Of a DNA stretch of 64,000 nt, positions 11,647-22,100 are shown piece by piece. The stretch is from positions 186,001-250,000 of the forward strand of contig CAJFCJ010000030.1 of assembly GCA_904063045.1 (NCBI GenBank). The letters are read 5' to 3'. The DNA is from Dimorphilus gyrociliatus (lineage: Eukaryota; Animalia; Annelida). The position numbers and the translations under genes were made by a program. The notes beneath the pieces were generated by a model that did no database searches, was not told the DNA's origin, and saw only the letters and a list, made by a program, of their open reading frames with translations. Each line of letters begins with the position of its first letter. The stretch's first letter is position 1.

Positions 11647-14380
11647 TTAGATTCTATCGACCAATTTATCTAAATCAATTATTTCTGGAGCGATTGCTTT
11701 TCTTTGTCTTATTTCCTTGCATAATTCGTCCATTTTTGATCCTTTTTCGAAGGGATCCGAGTCAATCATTTCCCAATGATCAAAAGAACATTGTTCAAAA
11801 GCCTGACCGTGTGTTGCGGATCTCAATGCTGTGTTAAAGCCTGCAAAAGTGTAAAAATTTCTATAATTTCTCTTATATTTTATTCAAGTCAGAAACGTAC
11901 CGAAACTTTGATTAACTGGCAAATATCCTTTTAGAATGTAGATGCCATTGTGTAGATTCTCATCGTAGATCGAGCCCTTCTTTTGACTGAAGAGACTGTA
12001 CACGGAATTTACAGATGTTTGTGGACAAGTGACTTGCACGGAATAAATTGGCTCAAAAATTCTTGGTTTTGCAACATACATTGCCCCAAGAAAAGCTCTT
12101 CTTGCTGCAGGTAGGATTTGTCCTCCTTTTCTGCATTGAGGATCGCAATGAACCAGAGCGTCTACTATGTTAAATCTGATTCCTCTTAATCTTTCCTCGG
12201 CAAGCAATCCCTGGGACGTTACCCATTGGAAAGCTGCCATGATCATATCTTTTATGCCGTCGAGTCCTTGAACAGCTTTTGTACAATCTACAAGAATGTT
12301 TGGTCCTGTGTTATCTGGTCCAAAACACCAGATTTTCTTGGCTTCGTCTCTCTTCCAGCCATGCTTTTCAGCCAACAATCTAACTCTCTCTTTGGGCTCC
12401 TGGATGGCTGTTATCTCTCCTTTTTCTATATCCAAGCAGAGTTCTTCTCCTAAAGGTTCAGCCGTAACAAATAATCTATTCAATTTGTTCGTTGATTTCG
12501 CCAAAGCAACCTTTGTGCTAGTGCCATCTACAGTCTCGCAATAGGTAACAATTGGTTTGGATTTCTTTATTGGTACCTTTGCGAACTCATTTTCCAAATC
12601 ATTAAGGCAAACTTCCAAATGTAATTCTCCCGCTGCTGCTATGATGTGTTCTCCTTCTTCTGATCTCACTTGAACCATTGGATCAGATTGATGTAGTCTT
12701 CTCAATCCTTCGATTAGAGCCGGTAAATCGGCGCAGTTTTGTACACTGACGGCGGAACGTACAACAGGACTTACAGAAAAATTGAGAAGTTTCATGTTGC
12801 ATGCGGTCTCAAAGGACGTTAAGCAAGCAGTCTTGGAAATGAATTTATCAATTCCATAAATGGCGCATACATTTCCACAACTGACTTTGCTAACAGATAA
12901 AATTCGTCCAACTTGCATTAAAGCTACTCTTACTGCACTTTTCACAGGCACTCTAGTTGCATTATCATCATTTGGTCCCATAATTCTGATCATTTGACCT
13001 GCATTTAGTGTTCCCGAAAATACACGACCAAAAGCAAAAAATCGCTTGCCATCAGAAGTTGGTATCATTTTTGTTACGTACATCATTAGATGACTATGAG
13101 GATCACAATTTCTCATGGCGCATGCTACTACATCATCAGAAGGTCCCTCGTATAATTTATCAGTTCTGTAGCGTTGGGCTACTATGGGTGACGGCAGATG
13201 TAAGGCAATCATTCTAACCATTGCCTCTCCGGCGTTCATCCATTTTTTCATGATGTATTTGCAGGCGTCTTTTGACGTCTCCAACTTTTTCCATGGTACA
13301 GCAACGTTCAATATACTTCCTAGTTTATCAACATCTTCTTGAGACTTTTCGAAAGCTCCGAGAAGCTTGAAAACAGGTTCAAGAGCGTACTTGTTGAATC
13401 CTCTAACAGTATCATTAGATCGTGAAGAAGTCCACTTTTTCGTTTTAAGATTAAGAAAGTTTTCATTCCACATTTTCTTCAATAATGATTTTGGATTGAC
13501 ACCCTCAACTTTCTTGGCGTAGAAATCAGCTAATTGAGGCAATGTGAAAGCCCATCCGTGTAAACCGCTTCCAAAGGCTACGTTACCCTTAACAGGATCG
13601 AGCTGATAAATTCATAGTTATATCATTTATTAGCTATAAAAAAAACAAACTAATAGTTTACTAACCAGCCATTTTTCTGATAAATCACTTGCGTAAGTTG
13701 ATACTATTGAATTAACCTCATCCAAAATCGATCGAAGATGAACATAAATACTTTCCGGGTCCATTTGTTTTTCCAAAACACATCTGTCCAATTTGTTCAT
13801 GATCAAAACAGGCGCTACGCTTTCGGCAAGCGCTTGTCTTAAAACCGTTTCCGTTTGCACGCATACCCCTGATACGCAGTCGACCACAACCAAGGCCCCG
13901 TCAGATACCCTCAGAGCAGCGGTTACTTCCGACGAAAAGTCGACGTGGCCTGGTGAGTCGATGAGATTTGTAAGGATCGTTGGCTCGCCACATTCCTTGG
14001 CAACCGATTCTTCCAATTCATACACAACAGATGCAGCCCTATAATATGTTTATCAGTAACTAACGAATATTTGCATAGGGACATAGGGCTTTTTACTTAC
14101 GTCGATTTTATTGTGATTCCCCTTAGCTGTTCGTCCTCTCTTGTATCAGTTTGGCATTTAGTGCCAGCCTTATCCTCAGACAACAAATTTCCTCTAGTTA
14201 AGAGAGAATCGGTTAAAGTTGTCTTTCCATGATCAACATGAGCAATAACTGCAAGATTACGAACGGCAGCTCGCCTCTCCATGAGCTTCTCAAGGTTTTC
14301 AGGGAGATACACAGACTATATAAAAGAAAATAAATACTGTACATAAGACAATAAATGAAAACGTTTATTTAATATACCAT
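11647..14380 (-). CDS. EEF2: Elongation factor 2-like translational GTPase (divergent eEF2 paralog, ~828 aa, no diphthamide His)
   Basis: Exons 14380-14378 (ATG only), 14315-14101, 14038-13666, 13602-11901, 11840-11647. Motifs: [101 protein letters not shown]. These are eEF2-type rather than EFL1-type. The ATG-only first exon and the intron after ITIKST match eEF2 gene structure as I recall it. Confidence 0.9.
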
Positions 14381-14595
14381 ATTCGTCGAAAGTAAACGCT
14401 AACTCCTCGGGTTAAATTAGAAGAACTTGGTTGTGGTAAAAGCGATATTGCCTCTACCACTTTTTTGTCATAGCACTGTACTAGAATAAAGTCTAAGGGA
14501 AACCTTACGCTTTATATACAAATACCATTGCACAACATTTAAATTAGGTCTATGAATTTACAAGGGATTGTGCAATCTAGCTATATATTTTCGTA

Positions 14596-14609
14596 CCGCC
14601 ATCTAGCGG
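14596..14609. promoter_or_regulatory. CTCF-like site (CCGCCATCTAGCGG) between divergent genes
   Basis: Close match to the invertebrate CTCF consensus CGCCAYCTAGYGG, in an otherwise very AT-rich interval between the eEF2-like ATG (14380) and the Shisa-like ATG (15332). Confidence 0.45.
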
Positions 14610-15331
14610 TAATTATTGATTCTTCTATCTCCAACAAAGATCGATAGTTAAACAAACACAATATTTTAGCTAATGAACATACCTGAATAAATTGATATAC
14701 AAAGTTATTAATAATTGCATGAAATAATATAAAAATCGTGAATAATTCAAAATCTTTAGCACTTTACAACAAGAAAACCGTCCCGAATTCAACAGTAATA
14801 ACTAAGGGAAGAACAGACTAAAATATATAAAGATAGAGAGTAATTGTTTATATTCTCATAACATTAAAACAGCGTCTTCCATATTTGTATTATTACAAAT
14901 TGATAAACCTGTATAAAAATAGGTCGTAGAAAAAATATAGAATATTATATGAACTACACGAACATATTTTACAATATAGTTTCTCTGTTAGCTTTTACTT
15001 TTCTTATTTATTTATGATAAAACTAACTAAACTATTAAATATCCTTGGATTTTATATAATTACTTTTATTCTAGAAAATGCTATTTATCTTCTTTAATAC
15101 TGTATTTTTATAACACAAGTTAATTAGAATTAATCAAAGATTGTTTTAATAGGTTTAGAGGATTTCTTTACTAATAGCCATTATTCATTTCTGCCTGCTT
15201 TTTCGCATAATTTCATGGAGTTTTGCTTATAGGCGTAATAGACAAACTACTTGGTGAAAGCTCTGATAGAGTGGTACAGAGTTCTCACTCACAGATAGGA
15301 ATAGGGATCGATGTGTAGTGATCAAAACAAA

Positions 15332-18300
15332 ATGTCGTCGATCTATAGAAACTGTCTAAGAATTGCCTTATTTACTCTTCTATTAATTGTTATTTTTGGT
15401 AAGTTGGTTATAATGTCAAGTATATTATTGTTATAGAATAAAAGTGACAAAGATAAAGTTAGTAATCAAGCATAGGCGGGTGGCGTTTCATTAGAATTAG
15501 CATATTCTGTTTGCCAACTTGGCCTATGAAATGTCAATGTACTAGCTTGCTATACAAACGTATATAAAATAGTTATTTTTCCTGGCTGGATTAGAAAAAT
15601 ATAGCGAATGTTCGAGATCAAGATTCTCAAGTTTCAGTAGGACGAGATATTCAGGCTCCAGATCATCCAGTACAGGGTATAGAAATTCAAGATTCGGTAA
15701 TAAAAGGTATGGAACAAGGTATATGACAAGATATGGAAATTCAAGATTCACTAGAACAAGATATGGGATAAGGAATTCAAATTCTAGGAGTATTGGAAAT
15801 TGGGACCATGGTACAAGATATAGTAATATTACTGCTATAGCTCGAGACAGAAAGAGCATGCGTTGTATTTGATATTGTTAATTTTCTTTTCAATTGATTG
15901 TCTTGACTAATGTTCGATCTATATCTGTGAAATCCTTGCTTTATTTGCAAAAGACATTGTTCAAATTACTTACTTCATGTATTATTATTTAATATTTTCA
16001 GATTTAGCTGATGGTCGAAGAGGGGGTGGAGCAAGATTCGGATCACGATTTAGATCTCGATACAGTTCTACAAGAATTAGACAGCGATATGGTACAAGAG
16101 TTCGAGTTAGACATGGATACAGTAGATTCGGAGTCGGAGGATCGAATTTTCAATCTGCTATGACGGCAGGTTTGATTTTTGGATTAATGAGCAATTATCA
16201 AAGAAGAAGATATTATAGAAGGAGCAGAAGTAAGTTATTTTTTCCATGGTTACACTTTTCCGAATTATAATATAAATGATAATAATTCTATATGGAATTT
16301 AATGTTTTTAAATATTCTGAATATGAATGCTTCTAATTGATTTCTAAAAAACGCAGATCCTACTGTGTGTCGAGGTCAACCTAGTATAAGACCTACGAAT
16401 TCAACGAAAATACAGTATTTTATTTGTCCTGAGGAAAATATGCCCGATAGTTTGAGATATTGTTGTGGAGCCTCTCTTTCTGAACATTGCTGCGATGATT
16501 CAAGGTAATATGGTTTGTTTAAAAAATTTTATTTTATCTAATAACATAGTTTTTTGAAACTAGTGGTTCAAGCGGTTCTAAAGCAGGTATGATGATTGGA
16601 ATTATTGGTGCAATTGCCTGTGGATTATGTATAATATCAACTGTAATATTCGTCTGCAAGAAAAAAGCTGCTCAACCAGGAGCTATTATTCTTAAGCCAA
16701 GTATGAAAAGATTCTATTCATTAATTTTAAATTAGTAATTGAATAGATTATAATATTATTTTTTTTAAATTTCAATTATTTAGGTCATTCTAAGGGTGAT
16801 AAATCAAATACCGAAGCCGCAGTAATTTATCAATGTAGGAAAATATAATGTAAATTGCAGTCAAATGAAACAGGAACATAAATTTCTTTAGTGTTTAATA
16901 CTAATTACTGAATGTCCAGAGCTAAATTTTATTTTATGTAAACAGTTTTTCACTATGATAAACTGATTCCAAGTGGACAAAGCGTAAAATCAGAAATGTC
17001 TATCTCACTTGAAATCGGAACTTAGCAATTATGAAAGGGAAGACTAAACTTAAACACATTGTTCAACAGCTGTAAAAAAATTGAAAATGAATTTTTAAGA
17101 AGAGGAGGAGTATAGTGTATTGTCTTCTATTTGCAATCTATCTATACTAATTAATAGAGCGATTAGGAGACAATTTATTCCTATTCCAAAATCATAATTA
17201 AATAATTAATTGTTAACAATTTTCTTTTATAAGGGCGACGTGATTATTTTTACAGCTATAACATTAGCTTTTAATATATGACTCAAAGTTGATAGAAAGT
17301 AAGATATTGAAAAGCTTAGTTATTGGAGAGAGGGGCGCAATAAGAAAGATTTTACTTATCTCAAAAACTAAGATAAAAGATTGGACTCTATTAAATGCTG
17401 CTTATGCTAATAAGCAAATATTTAAAAAATATATCCCCTATCTTTATTAAACAGTCATGGACGATTTTTAATTCAAAAAAATTTAACTCTTAGAGACTAT
17501 TACTAGCATTAAAAATTTGAATATTTAAATATTTTTTGACAACGGTATTCCTTTCTTCATTTGATTAGCACTTGTTATTTATTTAATATCATCATTTAAT
17601 GCTTTATAATTTTTTCCAAATTCTAAACATTCTCTTCCCTGAAAATTCTTTTTAATGATTTCTGTTTTTAATTCTTTTACTTTTTATCAGCTGCATTATT
17701 TATTTCAACAATTTCAACGCTAAGTTCTCTTTTTTTAAATAGCTACTGAAACTCAGCCTACAGTTCCTAATTATCCCGCTCCCACAAGCTATCAAGAACA
17801 AGCACCAATGGGTAATTAATTTGTTTTCATTCTATTCTTTGTTATTCTCGGCAAGGTACTCAAATAATACTAGCTTCAATAAGATTATAAAGGAGATAGC
17901 TCTTATCAGAGCTTACAATACTTCTCTTTTATATATATAAAGTATTTCTCTTCGGATTACAATTGAGATATATTGAAATGTGTTCTTATATTATTCGAGT
18001 TATAATTGATAACCATTAATACGACACTGATTCATACTTTATGTTACATTTATAAAAGGTTATCAATCGTACGTAGGACAAAATCCGTATCCTCCACCAG
18101 GTAATTTCTTTGGCTTTGTTTTTAAAGACTGAATGCCTCTATAAGTAACTGGAAAAATGCATGCATTACCAAACAATTGTGGTATATATCTGAATGACTA
18201 TTTTAGTGTTCAGTCAACAAACTATAGCTTGATAAATAGTGGAGATAATCAAAATATTTATCTAGCTGCTTTTTAGACATTTGAATATTATTTTGAAATA

Positions 18301-18780
18301 TAGTCATAATCAGCATGAATAGTTGTTTATTCTAAATGTTTCCTTTGGTATTCATGTGAATATAATATCAACCAAATCATATATATATACAGTATATAAA
18401 TACAGTTTATATTATTTCTAAAAAGATCCTAAAGACGTTCCAGCATACCCAGCAGCACAGTATCCTCCAATGCCACAAGCGCACCCGGTCGCAATGCCTC
18501 CGCCAGGTAGGAAATTTTTAGAATATATACGTAAAAATGGATAATTGTTTTTATTGTTAATTTCTATTCAGCGCCATATCCTACTGCACCTAACCCTGAC
18601 GCACCTCCATATCCTGGAGCAGGGATGCCAACTATGCCGCCATACCCTGGTACGTATATAGATTTATATGAAATGTATATAAATGTATATTGTATTTTAC
18701 ACAATGATATAAGTTAAAACATAATGTGTTTTATTTTGAATTTTTTAGTATCAAATCAGCCTCCTCCGTATTCACAGTAG
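15332..18780 (+). CDS. Shisa-like/CX-domain type I membrane protein with Pro-rich PY tail
   Basis: Exons 15332-15398 (signal peptide), 16002-16229 (RG/RY-rich), 16357-16504 (C..F.CP..YCCG..HCC), 16564-16700 (TM MMIGIIGAIACGLCIISTVIFVC then KKK), 16784-16834, 17743-17811, 18077-18100, 18426-18506, 18572-18649, 18749-18780 (ends QPPPYSQ*). All junctions are in phase. Confidence 0.82.
15595..15810 (+). CDS. Candidate cassette or alternative terminal exon, Arg/Ser/Tyr/Gly-rich, resembling exon 16002-16229
   Basis: Acceptor TTAG at 15594 and donor G|GTACAA at 15810 give a symmetric phase-1, 216-nt open exon (EKYSECSRSRFSS..KRYGTRYMTRYGNSRF..GNWDH). Without the donor, reading continues to TGA at 15870-15872. 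Confidence 0.5.
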
Positions 18781-19188
18781 CTATATGACATTTGAAGAAA
18801 AAACTTATAATATGTCTTTGTGAAATATCCAAAGTAACCTGCGGATTCACTTACTCTATGTATAATAAAGGTTTATTAAATGACGTTTTATGCCATACCA
18901 TAGAATTACATATTATCCTCTGACTTAATCACCTAGAAGGTATAACTTTTTCATAATTCTGTTCTACGATCTTCAGTTTTCTGATCTATCTGATAACTAT
19001 GTTATTATCTTGTAAATGCTATGTCAACAATCTTTATGTTTTATTTTACAAATTATTTTCCATTTAAATAAAGATATCATATATGAAATATACTCAGTTA
19101 ATATTATTGGCCTAGATAAGAACAATCTTGCTCACACTTTTCCCCGAAAGTACACGATCTTATTTGTGCAAACCTGCAAGAAACAATC

Positions 19189-22100
19189 ATGTTTTCTCGT
19201 TCTGTAAAAGATAGAAATATCTATGAAATAAGGACTAAGAATCATGGAATATTTCTAACAAAAATTGAGAATGTCGATGAACAATATCAACGTTCTAATA
19301 CCGGCGACTGGTGCTTGAAAGTTTCTAAAAACGGAATCGAATGGTTCACAGTACGAACTGTTTTCGATCGTGTGCTAGAACGATGCTATGTAGAGAGTTG
19401 TGGATTCAGTTGTCCCAGAGCCCATTCATCTATCGAACTGACTCTGTGGAAAATAGATGAAAATGATGAAGTATTTTGCTTAAAATATCTTAAAAAACAG
19501 TTATTAGATTGTCTGGAACAATCAGACACAGACGACTATTTTTCCTCTGCTGTACAGTCATTAACTTCAGATAGTGGGGAACTTGTAGACGTTTTAAGAG
19601 ATGCTCTTTGGTAATTATAGATTTAATTTGAAGCTTTAGTAATTTTTCTGTAATTTATATTTAGGGAACAATATGAACGCGGAAATGGTATGGTAAAGAT
19701 TAAAATAAGTGACAAAGAGATATTTTCCCAAGTTTCATGTGATTATTGTACCAATGTATACAACGCTATCATTTGTAAACTAGACTTCAGCCATAAATGC
19801 TATAAAACTTACTTACTTTTAAGTTTAAATGCTAAAGATTGGTATTCCATAAATAGAACAGAGCAATTTCAAGATGGCAGCCAAATTTCTATTCTTTGGA
19901 GATATATATCTACAATTAATTGTTCTATTACAGATCTGAAACGAGTTGTTGAGGAATGTATCTATAATTTTTTTCAAAGGGAGCAAGAGATGTTAACCGA
20001 GAAATCAAAAAAAAGCCTAGAACATAGTCTTATTACTGATGGCTCTCCAATTTTAATAGAGGGCCCAATTTATAAGCCAAAATGTCAATCTGCCCTAATT
20101 TTAGATGATACTGAAAACAACTTAAATTATACAACAGGGAATTCTTCGATAGATTCACAACAAAACAAGAATGAAGCTCTTAATAACAAATCTCAAATTT
20201 CAACAGAAGCTGTTGTTGGTGCTGTAAATCACTCCACAACCCTCACTACAAGTGATTCTGCAACCGATTCAAGTCAAAAGAAGAAAAGGGCAAGAAATAG
20301 AAAGCCTAAATCTGGAGCTACAAACAAAAAAATTGAACGAAAATTAAGCAGTGTTAAAATAGATCAAAAGCCAATGATAACGATTGACAAAAGAAATTAT
20401 TATATTAATCTTTCCTGCGAAGAATGTTTAAAGCTAGTTGATAGAGATGGTTTAAAATTTTTCAACTTTGATGAAGAAATGAAGCATAACTGCAAGAAGA
20501 ATATTCTGATAGCTTCTACAGAAAATTTTCCAAATGCTTGGTATAAAATAAGCTACAAAGGACCTTCTATTTATATCAAAAACTGTCCATTAGCGTTGTT
20601 ATGTCAAAAGAAAAACTGTAATAAAGCTCATTCTACGATTGAGCATATCTTTAACTTGGCCGAAATAAAGGCAAATGATTTAAAATCTTCATTCCCTATC
20701 ATTCCAAAGTCTTTGAGAAAAAAGTTGCAAACTGATAAAGTAGCTGTTGTTAAAGATTCACAAACGTTATCTGCCAGTAACATAATTTCAAGTTTGAAGC
20801 TTATTTGTGAAAAATGTTGGATAAACGAAAAGTGTATTTGTGAACCTAAAAATAGGTATATATATATTTTAATATTCAATTTTAAAAGGCCTATTAAAAT
20901 AATTTTTATATATATTTTATTTTTCAAAAAGAGCTAAAAACTGTGTTGAAAAAATGAAAAATAGCGCAAACTTATCTACAATCGCCATTATGCTCCCTAA
21001 TAAGATAATTATTAGAAATCCAAATTTTAGTGATTTAACCCAAAAAGCCAATTCTCCTGAAGAAATGGAATGTTGGAAATGGATGAGAGAAAAGAGAATT
21101 AATAATTTGAATACTTTGATAAAAATAGAAGAACAACGAAAATTAAACCCCAATCAGAGAATTGATAATATTATAAAGGCTTTGAATGATCAAACAATGT
21201 CAAATTGTTTACCAGTTAATAATTATAGTTTTGAAACTCATAATTTCAAGGATATCAAGTCTTTATCATGTAATTACTGTAACAAAATTTGTACATCAGA
21301 GAAGCAAATGTTAGCACATGAACAAAGTTCATTGCATATTACTCAAAAATTAATTCAAGGTAGGTATCTACCTAACAATAGAGTTTTTCTTATTAATGTT
21401 TATAATACTATATACTATATGTATTGAAAATATCAGACAACGTAATTTGGAAATTTAGGAAATGTCCAAATCTTTCTGCTACGAATTATCAACTATGTCA
21501 AAAGTAAGGTTTTAAAATTATTCACTGATATTTCTTTTCTTACTCTTATTATTCTTCTTATGAAAACTAGACATAAAGAAGGAAAATGCAAATATTCCAA
21601 ATCGTTAGAAAAGCAAAACTTTTGCGCAGATGCTCATTCGATAGAGGAAATGACAGAGTGGTATGACAGAAAACAGTACGCCTCAAATATGAAAAAAATT
21701 AAAAAAGAAAAGGAGCTATTAAAGCATATTAAAGATTTTAATGAGAAAATTAAGAATGATAAAAGCCTATTGAAAAGAAATATAAGTGGAGTATCTTATC
21801 AGTTGTCTCCTGATTGCCCTAAAACTTCTATAAGTTTAACTAATTCAACTAGTTTTGAGTGGAAAATTTTTCTAAAGGTTAAAATTAATTAATTGCAAAT
21901 ATAAAATATTAATAATAAGGAAGACTTTATCATTAACAGTGCGAACAAAAGCTTAAAGCCATTCATCTTATTTATCCTGAATATCTATTTAACTTTCATA
22001 TTCTCTCCAAAGACAGTCAGAAAGTTTATTATTGCCTTGAAGATGACCTAGAATATACGTCATGTAAGTTAGATTTTGTAATATTGTATTAATACGTACT

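Noticed and set aside
11884-13542. Calling the GTPase EFL1/Ria1 or EFTUD2
   Set aside because: Length of about 828 aa, no EFL1 insertion or acidic EFTUD2 N-terminus, and eEF2-specific [18 protein letters not shown] and WCFGPD motifs.
12226-14044. Plus-strand ORFs 12226..12453, 12296..12544, 13008..13217 and 13793..14044
   Set aside because: Antisense shadows of the eEF2-like coding exons, with no independent motifs.
15542-15859. Minus-strand 105-aa ORF with repeated PYL/LEF units
   Set aside because: Antisense reading of the Arg-rich plus-strand exon, which has proper splice sites and similarity to the next exon.
19120-19188. In-frame upstream CTG (19174) as a non-AUG start, as reported for human HELZ2
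   Set aside because: An in-frame ATG follows 15 nt later and an upstream exon cannot be excluded; no supporting evidence.
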